Source: Mesotaenium endlicherianum (taxonomy: Eukaryota). Taken from it: a stretch of 58,220 bases of DNA. Every line of letters starts with the position of its first letter. Position 1 is the first letter of the stretch. Both the position numbers and the translations under genes were made by a program. Shown piece by piece: positions 1 to 11,416 of this stretch. The stretch is from assembly GCA_009602735.1 (NCBI GenBank), contig WELA01002918.1, forward strand, positions 144,580 to 202,799, given 5' to 3'. Under the pieces are notes generated by a model. It was not told the origin of the DNA, did no database searches, and worked only from the letters and a program-made list of their open reading frames with translations.

Positions 1-62
1 CGCCCCCCCGTGCGGCCCCCGCCGCCGCCCGTCCCTCTACGCGCGCGCGTGCGTGCGTGCAG

Positions 63-1978
63 GACGTGCCACTTGGCGCCGCGCGCTTTGCCGAGCTCGC
101 CCGCGGTAAGGAGGGCATCTCGTACCGCCGCAAGGAGTTTGTCAAAATCAACGCCAACAACGTCATCAACGCGGGCCTGCGCTCCTTCTCGCTGACGGGT
201 GGCGCGCGCGACACCGTCAGCGTGGCAGGTGGCGAGACTGGGGAGAAGGTCCTGGAGGAGCTCACCGCTCTCGCCAAGTCAGCTCCCGCTCCCGTCCCCC
301 GCCCTTGCCCGGCCCTAAACCCTAAACTCTCAGACCCCTCGACCTCCAAGCTCCCATCTCTCTCTTTTTGAACATACTTTGGGTGCTGAGAGCTCTTCCT
401 CGCTCCTTTTGAACTTCGAACAATCCAGGCGCAACTTCTTCTTTTGGGAGGGGAAAGGGGGAGGGGGCACCTCGAATCCTCTATCCCCATGCGCTTGTGC
501 GTCCCCTCCAGCGCTCGGCACCCCAATCAAAAACTCCCTTCTCCTCTGCTTCTCCTCTGCTTGTGCGGTCGCGCATTTATCAGCGGGGCCTTACCTGTCG
601 CGGGGTTGAGGTTTAACACTCGGGGCTGGGGTTTCCAGGGGGGCAGTCCGACTCACAAAAGGCGTTTTTGGACCACTTCTTAGCTGGTTGCCCTTGACTT
701 TCCCTGACTTGCCTTGACTTGCCGCGACTTGCGAGTCGGCTCGGAAGTCCATTTTTCCCAAAGCAGAGGAAAGTGTCTATTTTTGTCTAAGACCCGGAGG
801 GCTCGTGAGAAGACGGAGCAACTCACGTTCCCCTCCAGTCTGGTTTCAGTCTGGGCTCCAACAGGGGCTGGGTTTCCGACCCGAGCACCTCACATGCATT
901 TCAGACAAACCCCCCGCTGCTGCTGCCTCTTCCAGCTGCAAAAGCTGCTGCAGGATGCTGCTGCTGCGTTTTTCGTTTCCCACCTGGCACTGCCGGACAG
1001 CACCGAACAGCACCGACTAGCACTGGGCAGCCCGAGGCTCGTTTCTCAACTCTATACTGACTCGATTTTCGTGTGTGTTCCACATCAATCGGATTCTTTC
1101 GCCCTCGCCTTCGTTCGTCCGTCCGTCCAAATAATCTCTGCTGCCGCCCCGCTCCGCTCGTGCAGGAGGCCGCAGGGCGCGCTGAAGAACTCCGTAGCGA
1201 CTTGCTTTGACTTGCCTTGACTTGCCTTGACTCCGCTCGCAGGAGGCCGCAGGGCGCGCTGAAAAACGCCCGCGGCACCGTCTCGCTCGTCTGCTACGAC
1301 CCGACGATCCCGCCACCCAAATCGAAGCTCGTCGCAAAGGACGGCAAGCTGATCAACGTTGAGGAGGCCGCCGCCCGCACGCAGCCCAACGGGACGGAGT
1401 TTGCCGTCAACTTTGCCGACGCACCGGAGATGGACGGCGTGAGCTCCGTCGTCGGCCGCGTGCTGGAGGGGCTGGACGTGGTGGCGCGGATCGCGGCGGT
1501 GCCGGCTGTGCGCGAGAACACCAACAGCCCATACTTCAAGTGCGTGTCTGGCTGCTTCCGCCTTTTTACCCTTTTTTGCAATGTACTTTATGATATACCA
1601 CTTGTTTTGTGATATATATCTCATAATAGTGTAAGAAAGTTGTGATGTTATAGTAGTACAACAATTTTGTGACGATAGAGATGTATAGTAACAAAGTTGT
1701 GATGTTATAGTACAACGAAGTTCTGATGATATCATATGATAACAAAAACGGGCAGAGTGCGCATACAGCTACATGATTCGTTGTTGTGCATGTGCACAGA
1801 GAAGTGCTGTCTCGGTTGCATTACAATTTATCACTTGTTCAACACTCGTATTCGTTGTCTTCTTTCGTTGCTCAGGGCCGCGAAGGCAATCGGGGACCCG
1901 CGCGCGGTTGTGGCAGAGCGGGGGTTCAACCGGCCGTTTCTCAAAGTCGTGATCACCAAATCGGGAGAACTCGAATAG
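63..1978 (+). CDS. CYP26-2: Chloroplast cyclophilin-type peptidyl-prolyl isomerase, CYP26-2-like; 5' end lies outside the window. Exons 63-277, 1243-1539, 1876-1978
   Basis: GT-AG introns with matching phase 2 (AA|G = Lys at both junctions). Spliced product DVPLGAARFAELARGKEGISYRRKEFVKI...PNGTEFAVNFADAPEMDGVSSVVGRVLEGLDVVARIAAVPAVRENTNSPYFKAAKAIGDPRAVVAERGFNRPFLKVVITKSGELE*. The C-terminus matches my recollection of land-plant CYP26-2 (SPYFRVAKxIGDKRAVVAERGFNRPY). Confidence 0.9.
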
Positions 1979-3439
1979 GATGTGCTAGTGCTTAGGATGG
2001 GCGTGCTTCAAAGTTCTCAAACTGTAGGGTTTGTAGGGTAGCCTGATTAGATCGTTAAACATCGCGTAGGGAGATTGCTGATTGCACACAAGCTAGCAAC
2101 TCTTAGCAGTTTCTTCAAGGCACGCGTAGGGCGCCCGTGCAATCGTCTTGACAAAGATAAGAGCAATGCTTTATTTCTTTGTTCAATTAGCACGTGTGTG
2201 TCATTACTTTTTGCATGCACAGTGCGTACGGTTATGCAGACAATTGTGTTGTCATACGTACTCCTACATCATCAAGCATTTAACATCAAATTCCATTCAT
2301 GCAGAGAACCTTCGCATCCAAGCTCGATCCTATAATTCAGAAAGTATAATCAACAGTCAAGCGCCATTTGCATGCTGAGTTTGTTGTAAGTCGTCGCATA
2401 TCCTCCATTGCAATATATGCCGTAGTGAAGATTGGATGTGGCAAACAAGATGATCTAATACATCAACTTAACACCAAACTAAACCCGGAGGGCTTGATAT
2501 ATGAGCACGGCACGTGAGTGAAACATCTGTTTGATTAGCACGTACTTTTCAAAAGACCGAGGACATGAAGTTTGAAGCACATGAGAGGATTGAAGGAGAA
2601 GTGCGAGATAGTCGCATGCACCAGTGGGGACTCAACACCAACCTCGACATCCAACAATGTTGACGAGTTGTTACAGACCAACTATTCAAGCACATACTGC
2701 ACCGATGCCGTTCCTTCTCCTCTGAATCCGTGCCTGCATGATCAAAGCACACATCGAAGAAGCAGTCGCTGCGATGCTGCGGAGTTTGCAACACCAGGCG
2801 CGCAAGCTCCTCCTCCCAACGGAGGCCAATGCTGACCCACCTAAAGACAAAAAGTTCAAAGCTAAGAGATGCCGGAAAGACGCGCATGAGGAGATTCTGC
2901 CTCGACAGATAGGGGCCAGGAGGGAGAGGAGCCCACGCGAGCACCGCAACAATCGCCTTCGTCGATCGAACCTGTCCCTTGCATCATGGCAGCGCATAGC
3001 GCAGCCAACCCAACTCGGAGTGAGGGAGGCTGGCGACGCCGGAGGAGAAGACGAGCGCGCGCGCAGGGCCAGAGTTTCCGAGACGAGTAAAAAATGCGGG
3101 GAAGCCGAGCGAGGCGGGGATGCCTCTCTGTGCCATCTTCCTCCCTACCTCCCAGCCCTCGATTCAAGTCGGCATCCGCTGATTCTTCCTTCACCAGTCC
3201 CTGTTACAGCTGCGGCAGCCCCTCGCACTAGAACTGCCTCTACACCCTCTTCTAGAAGGTAATGGCAAGCTGCATCCAAGCTACACCATCCAAGTCCATG
3301 CCTCCGTTGAGCCCCCCCCAAACCTGCAACCCTCCACTGCCACATACCTACGGCCAAACTCTACACCCCAAATCGCAACGCGTACAGTCGACCCCGTTTT
3401 TAGGGCTCAAATCATGGTTGCAATAATTTGGTTCAGGGT

Positions 3440-4720
3440 TCATGCTCTACGGTCACTCCCACGCAGCCAGAGGTGCCGAATGAGGACGGGGGCCAGGAGC
3501 AGCCGCTGCGGCCAGGAGGCCCCCCGCCGCCACCTGTCGAGCACCCGCCTCTCCACCTCTCCCGAGCTCGACCTAAACCCTGAACCCCGCGACAGGGCAG
3601 CGACGAGCGCAGAGTCCCACGCCCTCTGGTATCTCTCGATGACGGCTGCCCTCTGCTCCTCTCTGAACCCTAAGGCGTGTAACCCTTCTACAGGGACCCC
3701 TTCTCCCTGTGCGCGTGTGTGCCCGTGTGCGTGTGCGTGCGTATGTGCGTGCGCGTGCTCACAAGAATGCTCCTGTGCAAGTGCGTGTGCATGTGCATGC
3801 GCGTGATCAGAAGCGTGTCCTTGTGTGCGTGCGTGCACATGGGCGGCAACAGCGGCCGGCGGCGGCAGATTGCCGTCTTCTGCCACCTCGGCACTTCCGC
3901 CCTCGCATTCGCCTTGGACACCTCCTCTCGCGCATGCTCGCACCCATATTGTCAGATCGTCGCGGGCGAAGGGCCAGTTGGGTAGAGCAATTCGACGCAC
4001 GCGCCTCCAATCTTGGAGCAGCATCGAGTGAAACTGCGCCCCTCCTGTGTCTCCCTTTTTTCTGCTGCTGCTAGTCCCCCTCCATCTCGCCCTCGTCCCC
4101 CTCCTCGCCTTGTCCTCGTCCCCTTCCCCGTCCCCGTCCGCGTCCCTGTCCCCATCCTCCCTTTCAGAGACATCGGGAGATTCTCCAACGTAGATGAGGG
4201 TGTCGCCGCTGTAGTGGTGCAGAGCGGCGGCTGCCATGGACCGGACCTCCGCCGGCGCGCCCTCCTCCTCCTTCTCACAGTTAGTAATTACACAATAGGA
4301 AACAGTATGGACAAAATCCACAATGTCAGCCAAATAATCCTGAAGCTTCCACGTCCCGCAGATGCACATTCCCAACACTTACTTTTCGCTTTGTCTGTCT
4401 GTCTCTCTATCTGGTTGTCTGTCTGTCTGTTTGTTTGTCTGTTTGTTTGTTTGTCTGTTTGTTTTGGTTTTCAACAATGATGTCAGAGGCAGGAAAGCGC
4501 AAGAGCTAACAAACCCTAACACTAATAATCATCCTAACCCTAACCCTAATTCTCAGATCCTTCCCTGCCGTACGCTGACTCCGCCGGTGCGCCGCCCTCC
4601 TCAACGCCAAGGCACTTGAGACGCGCGCGTCTTTGCAACCCCTAAAACCCCAAACCCTTTAAAATCTTCACCCAGCACTCTCATCTCGGTCCCTGGCTTT
4701 AATACCCCGTTCCGTCGCAG

Positions 4721-4811
<91 letters not shown>

Positions 4812-7608
4812 NCATTTCAAGGGCAGCAGAAAATTCCGCACTCGTGCAATTGTGCGCTCCTCAATCGCTTGTCCTCCTTGAGCCCAATCCTCATTCACCA
4901 ACACCGTGAGAACGCAACCTGGCCTCTAACCAACTCCTGGCGCTGCCTCCCCCCCTTCCACGCCACCTAGACTTCCTTTCAGAGCAAAAGCAGAGGGGAG
5001 CCCGATCTGCCCAGGAGGTGAAGGGATCCCCACCTATTCTTCCCCGATGCTCAAGCCTAAACCCCACACTCTAAACCCTGACCCAAAACCCTAGGCGTTA
5101 CACGCCCAAACCGTAAACCTGCAAGCTCTTAACACTCAGCACCTGATGCAACCCCGATTTTACTCGTCCCCTTCCCTTGGCGGCTTCCCTGCGCACTCAC
5201 CTCTCGGGGGGGCCAGCAGAGCATGAGCGCTTTCCGCTCGTCAGACGCCGCCACCTCAGCTCCCCCTCCTGCACCAGGCAGGCGCACACCACAGACGAGG
5301 ACAGGAGTTTGAAAGTTGGGGTGACTGTGCATCACTTACATCTCATACTTCAGATCTCAGATTATGCAAACTTCTGCAAACTTGAGAAATAAATACCCAC
5401 AATAGGACGTGCATGCGTAGGACATAGCCCACAGTGTACGGGGGTCAACCCAAAGAAAAACCTCGAGAAAGGGGAGCGTGCCGACGATTTCTTTTCCCGG
5501 CTACGAGGGAGGGTGCACTGCGCGTGCGCTGCGCGTGCCGCTGGCCGGTCGCCGCCTCCTGCCTGCTACTCACACCCTCTACTCCATATTCTTCTTCCCT
5601 CTCGCAAATCTGGAGCACGGGAAGAGGGCCGGAGGTTGCGATGGTGCGTCATCATCATCATCCCGGTCGAACACGCGCCACTCCGTCACATGCCCCACTG
5701 TGTCGGCCGCGTCGAAAAACGCACTTCCACTCAGACGCGACGAGACGCGACGGGACGAGACCCGACGAGAAACTCGCCGTGAGGAATCGTCTCGAGACAG
5801 CGTCGCGCGTTCTGTACCGTCGGAGTACACATGCATTTTCGTTGTGGAGTTGCTGGCAGCAACCAATCGGCCGCCACTGCCGCCACCGCCGCCACTCGAG
5901 TGGAAGAGTTTCGTGATCATCAAACAGCATCAAGCCTCGAGCTTTGCATCCCAAACGCGGTACTTGACCAAACACATACGTATGTATTGCCCAGTCACAC
6001 ACGTGTCTTCGTCACCCCCATTCGGAAATCCATCTAGAAGCTATAGGCCAAATGGAAGCGGGAGCGGCAGCGAGGATCCTGGAGTCAAAGGAATGAATTA
6101 GTTTAACGAATAATAGTATAAAGAATGATTACGTCGTGTCAAGCGCCTTGTCGGCGACGTGCTTCTCAAAGAGTGTTTGAAGAGTGTTCTGGGAGAGCTT
6201 TCCAACGACGTTGACCCCGGCTGTTATTCCCACGAAAGGCAAAACTCGGCACAGGCCAGCAACAGCAGCAGTGCGAGTGTGAGAAGGGGAGAGCAGGGGG
6301 AGCATGCGAGCACGCACTCCCCACGTGTGTGAAGGGCGGCGGATGCGCCAGGTGGCACGCATCTACGGCCGGCGCCGCCGCCGCCGCGTCTGCGCACTAG
6401 CACCCCCGCACCGCACGCCGCTGACGCGCTCACGTCAGTGAAAGACTACATTGGTGCAAGGTTAGACTAGATGGCAGCCGAGCAGGTGGGCGACCACATC
6501 CGCGCGCACACGCGTAAGAGCTGTACACCCCCCAGGCCTGGCGGATCAGCCCCCCCCCCCCCCNNNNNNNNNNNNNNNNNNNNNNNNNCCCCCCCCCCCC
6601 CCCTCAAGCCGCTGATGAGTTTGAATCAGTTGCCCAAATCCAACGGCTGTGCGAGCGCGCGTGTGTCTACCAGCGCGCTTGTCCGCCTGTGCACCAGCAC
6701 CCGTGGGGTGGACGCGCTCTCACCGGAGGAGGATTGCGAAACAGCCGGGCAGATGTCTATACCGACATGCTTGCACACACGAGCACGCACGAGAGCAACA
6801 CTGGCGCGCGCGCACGCACACACGCACGTATGCATGCACGCACGCACACATAGCACACACACGCACGCACACACACATGCACACACACGCACGCACACAC
6901 ACATGCACACACACGCACACACGCACACACACACACACACACACACACGCGCGCGAGCGCACACACACACACTCCGAGAGAGAGGGAGCAAAGACGTAGT
7001 AAATACACATATATGACAATGAGTGCCGTCGTGTGCATGCAGCAGCTATGTGCAGAGACACACGTGCGTGGATACGTCGCACATGCGTGAGTGTGTGCAC
7101 GCACACGTGTAAGTTTGAGCGGTGCACACGTTTACACACACACACACACACACGTGAGTTTGAGCGGTGCACGCAGACGCGAGCGTGCGCGCGCACGCTT
7201 GCTGCAGGTTAGTACCTTCCTGGAAGATCATGCCAGCTGGCAGAGAGTGATGCCCGTTTGTTCCGGGGTTGTCGCCATCCAAGGGCTGCAGATCGTAAGC
7301 TGCCACCTGCACGCCTCGCTGGCGCAGCAGGTGCGCCCAGTAGCCCGTCCCCGCTCCAATCTGCGCTCGCAATCATGGCATGCAGCACATTGCGGGCGAC
7401 AAACCTGGCGCAGAGATTTGCACACAGAAGCTCACAAAGCGCAGCTCATTCAGGAGCAATCATATATACATGTATATATATGTGTCTAGGTAATAGGTAC
7501 AAGTATATATACTATATTTGCATATATTTAGAGATACATATGTGTGTATATCTACATATTAATACATGTTTATATATATTGTATACATGTATCAATGTAT
7601 GTATGTAT

Positions 7609-7692
<84 letters not shown>

Positions 7693-10600
7693 GGAGAGCG
7701 AGAGAGCCTCTGCCCCAGACTCTGCACTCAAAATTGGAAAACGTCCCAGTGCCCCAATAGCCCCACAGACCTAGGCGTTTCCGGATGCAAATGTCATAAA
7801 TTACCAAACCCCAAACCCCACAATCTCCAACCCTAAATTCTCAAACCCCCAATCCGCCGAGACGCCTCTGCCCCCGACCCCACACCTGAGAACAATACGC
7901 AGGGCACCGTCACGCGCAAAGTGGTGCTCACGGGCAGCACCAAGTGGCTTTTACGGGCAGCGCCAGCTGGCAGGGAAGTGAAGCAGGGAGCAGAGGGGGA
8001 GCTGGGGCTAGAGATGGGCACCACAACCTCACAGGGAGCGCTTCCTTGGGGACTTCCCTGAGAGCTTAGGGTTCAAGGGCTCCGGGGCCTCCGGGCGAGA
8101 GTATACTACGGCCTGAGGTGCAGTTTGTGGTTTAGGGTTTCAGAGTTTAGGTCTGGGGGCACAGGGGACAGAGGTAAGCAGGGCTTAAACCCTTAGGTTT
8201 AGTGCTCAGAGCTAATGGGGGAAGTCTGTGGGGGTCGGGCGTTGCGTGGTGAGGTAAGGTCGCGTGCGGGGTTGAGGGGTGTTTGTGTGCAGGGCCCAGC
8301 GCAGCAGGGGTCAGAGATTGGGGCTGATCTGACAGCAAAAGCGAGAGAGGCCGCGGGGGAGCTCGTGCATCATCTCTGTGAGTGCGTGTGCACGCGCACG
8401 CGCATGTGCAGTGTGTATACGCGCGCGTGTGCCGTCTGTGTATGCGCGCAAGTGTACGCATGCGCGATTGTGTGTGTTGTGCCGTGCGTGTGCATGCGCG
8501 CGTGTGTCTGTGTGTGTGGGGGTGTGTGGTGCCAGGTGGCAACCACTCATGCAGGATTGCCACAGCCCAAGAAGATTTTCTTTGGCAGTCACATGCCAGG
8601 GAAGGCACCCCACTCCCACCAGGGAAGGGGCGGGCGCTAAGGTGTTCAGCAGCGAGAGGGGGCGAGGGTCCCAGAGGGTTGACTCGGAGCTCTGAAGTGC
8701 CGGTCTCATATGTGATGTGACTTAGAGTGTGACGGGCGTGCTTCTGAAATTGGGGGATGAAACTGAGGTTCGTCGGAGCTGGTGGGCTTGCGCGTGCAAA
8801 CGTGCCCGCACACACACACACACCCAGCCACACACACACACAGACATAAACATATCTGCTACGCACACCTGTTCTCACCCCCCCCCTTTCCCGCCCCCCC
8901 CNCCACACACATGCGTATATACACGAGTGCGCGCGCGCGCAGGCGCACTTGCGTGTGTATGTGCGTGTGCGCGCGCGCAAAAGGGCCAGTAGGAAGTCTG
9001 CGCATGGTAAGAAGTCACACGCAAGAGAGAGAGTAAAAAACACGACAATAAGAAAGTGGGTGGGTTTCGGGTTTGAGTCTCCGCTCCGTACCTCCAGCAC
9101 GCCACCCGGGGCTGATTTGACGATGGCGTCGATGGCTTCTCCGGTAGGCACCGCCCTGCTCTACAAATCGCCCCCACCCCCCACCCGTCCACCCGTCCAC
9201 CCGACAGCACCAGCGGAAGCGGATCCCTCGACTGATGCGTCAGTACCAAAGCCTGGGTATATATAAATATATAAATAAATAAATAAATTCATATATACAT
9301 ATATAGATATATATATATATATGTATATAAGAGAAGATATAAGAAGCTTCAAGAAAATACGAGAAGCGGACTGCTGCTGGGCGGTGGTTAAACATGGGCA
9401 AAAATTCTATACGGACGGGTTATGAACTTGCGGCGTTGACTTCGGCAAGGGTACGGCTGCCTTTGGCGTCCAAATAAGCAGCCAATAACCAAAAATAATT
9501 AAAAACTGAACGTGAATATAGTCGACTGGAGTTGACCGGAGTCGACTAAAGTCGACTCTGGCGAGAAGAAGGGGCCAGGGTTGGATTTTCCCATCCATGC
9601 TTGGAAAGGGCCCCGAGAGCACACTGGGGGGAGCAGGCACGTCCACACCCCACCCTTGGCATTTTAAGATTTCCAGTAAGAGACCAGGTCATATTCGAAG
9701 CCGAAGCCGAGTGGAAGAGGGGGCCGCGACGCAGGTCTGGGGTTTAAGAGACACAGGCCAGTACTTTCAGGATTTCCAGGAGCTTTTTAGGGCTTCTGGG
9801 GTCTTTAGGGTTTCCGGAGTCTTTAGTATTTCCGATGTTTTTAGGGTTTTGGAGGGGCTTAGAGCTTCAGGGGGCTTTTTAGGATTTCCGGGGGCTTTTA
9901 GGGCTTCCGGGGGTTTTATAGGGTTTCCGAACGTTTTTTAGGGTCTCCGAGGGCTTTGAGGGTTTCCGGGGGATTTAGGACATCTGGAGGCTTTAGGGGC
10001 TAGGGTTTTGCAGGCTATTCAGAAACCCTAACCAGGAGTAGATTCGTCGGAGGGGCGCAACGTTGAGCTGAATGTAGAGTAGGAGGAGCGGGTCCAGAGC
10101 CGCCCTCCCCTCGCCTTCTTCCTCCTCTTCTCTCCCTTCAGCCGGGTGGAGCGTCCAGTCAGCCTCTCGCCACCCAAGCTCCCGGAGCTCGTCCATCCTG
10201 GCCCGCCACATGGCCAGGTAGTCTGCCTCCCCGTCGCACCAGGTGGCGCTCCCGCTGCAGGCCTCCTCCTCTGGACTGGTGGCCCCGTTCAAAGTGCTGA
10301 AGCTGCCGAAGCGGCCGAAGCTGCCGACCCTGCCGAAGCTGCTGGATATGCCGAACCTGTTGCCGAACCTGCTCAGTCCATTGCCGAAGATGCCGGAGCT
10401 TCCGAAGCTGCTGGATGCGTCCAAGCTGCAGGCACCTGAACGCGTGCCACTTGTCGCATGACGGGCACCGCTGGAGAGGAGGGCGGGGCTGGAGCACACG
10501 CCCGAGGCCGTGGGGTCCAGGTGTCGGCAAGAGGTGGCCTCGGAGTTAGAGCCTGGTGAGGTACTACCTGATAGAGATTTTTGTTGAGGTTTTTGCCATT

Positions 10601-10790
10601 GCCATGGTTGAATCTCCTGGGGAGCGCTTTGAAGGAGGCCCCGAGAGGAACCTCCGAAGAGAGAGGAGGTGCCAGCATGGACGAACGGGAGGTTCTGATG
10701 GGATGCTGCTGCTGCAGGCAGCAACAGAGGTGGCAATGATCGTCCTGATCTTACGTGGCGAGAAAGTGGTCTGAGATGGAAGCATCTCAT
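3440..10790 (-). CDS. Uncharacterised class I SAM-dependent methyltransferase-like protein. Exons 10790-10033, 9155-9092, 7360-7216, (6756-6724 optional), 6389-6318, 5268-5201, 4270-3440
   Basis: Phases join consistently: ...[51 protein letters not shown]...[35 protein letters not shown]...[11 protein letters not shown]...[14 protein letters not shown]...[25 protein letters not shown] is SAM-binding motif I. The N-terminus is Ser/Arg-rich and transit-peptide-like. The 33-nt exon and the 3' end are less certain. Confidence 0.8.
4720..4811 (+). repeat. Poly-C homopolymer (~92 nt) ending at an N
   Basis: Directly visible; the length is unreliable. Confidence 0.9.
7611..7705 (+). repeat. (AG)n microsatellite
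   Basis: Directly visible. Similar (CT)n tract at 26785-27007. (CA)n/(CACG)n tracts at 6775-6972, 24180-24600, 33730-33960 and 36330-36800. Confidence 0.95.
9775..10010 (+). repeat. Degenerate ~18-19 bp minisatellite with TTTAGGG core (consensus ~GGGGCTTTTAGGGTTTCCG)
   Basis: About 12 visible units in intron 1 of the methyltransferase-like gene, just past the donor. Confidence 0.85.
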
Positions 10791-11416
10791 TTTCTAAATT
10801 GAAACTTTACTGATGGACGAAAGCGGCTCCAGCGGGGCGGAAGTAGAATAAGAAGGTAGTAATGTGGACAACGGTCCGGTGCGGTTTTTGCAGTGTCTGG
10901 CGGGTTTAGACAATCACTGGCGATATGAGTGCACGTATACGCTGGTCAATGCTCATTTTCTCGGTTTTTATATATGGAGAATCATCTTGTCATCAATTTT
11001 AGCTCTAGACAATGTGCATCATCTGGCAGGCGAATATCCACACAGAGGGCGCATGCATCTGAAATTGAAACTGAGGTCGACATCCCTTCACCTTAAGAGC
11101 GAACCAATTTCCATCACATCCACCGCTTGTGAACATTGAGTCGTGTGTGCATATGGAGATTCGTATTTCGATGCAGCTTTTCTTCACAATCGCGAGGCCT
11201 TTCTTTCGGTGATGCCTTTCTTTTGGTCGATTGGCTAACCCGCACTGGTCTCCATATTGCATGACATGCTTGGTCATGCATATCATCGGTCGTTCGTAAG
11301 TACACATCAGAGGCTTGACGGGACGAATCATCACGGGTTGCCCCGGGAAGAAAGGAGTGACTGGTTAGCCCCGGACAGGCTCACCAATTAAATCTGGGGA
11401 ATAGAAAGAGACCAGT
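10791..11416. promoter_or_regulatory. Probable bidirectional promoter/5'UTR region between divergent genes
   Basis: Only 626 bp separate the ATG at 10790 (-) from the ATG at 11417 (+). The interval is free of the microsatellites that fill the introns. No specific motifs are assigned. Confidence 0.5.

Noticed and set aside
6471..7196. Long His/Thr- or Val/Cys-rich ORFs (also at 8147-9151, 24067-24789, 33433-34003, 36320-37881)
   Set aside because: Translations of intronic (CA)n/(CACG)n microsatellites that happen to lack stops; only the embedded short exons are credible.
9775..10010. CRISPR-like appearance of regularly spaced motifs (also 14600-14860, 23445-23727, 43941-44137)
   Set aside because: Units are degenerate tandem repeats without unique spacers; eukaryotic context and no cas genes.
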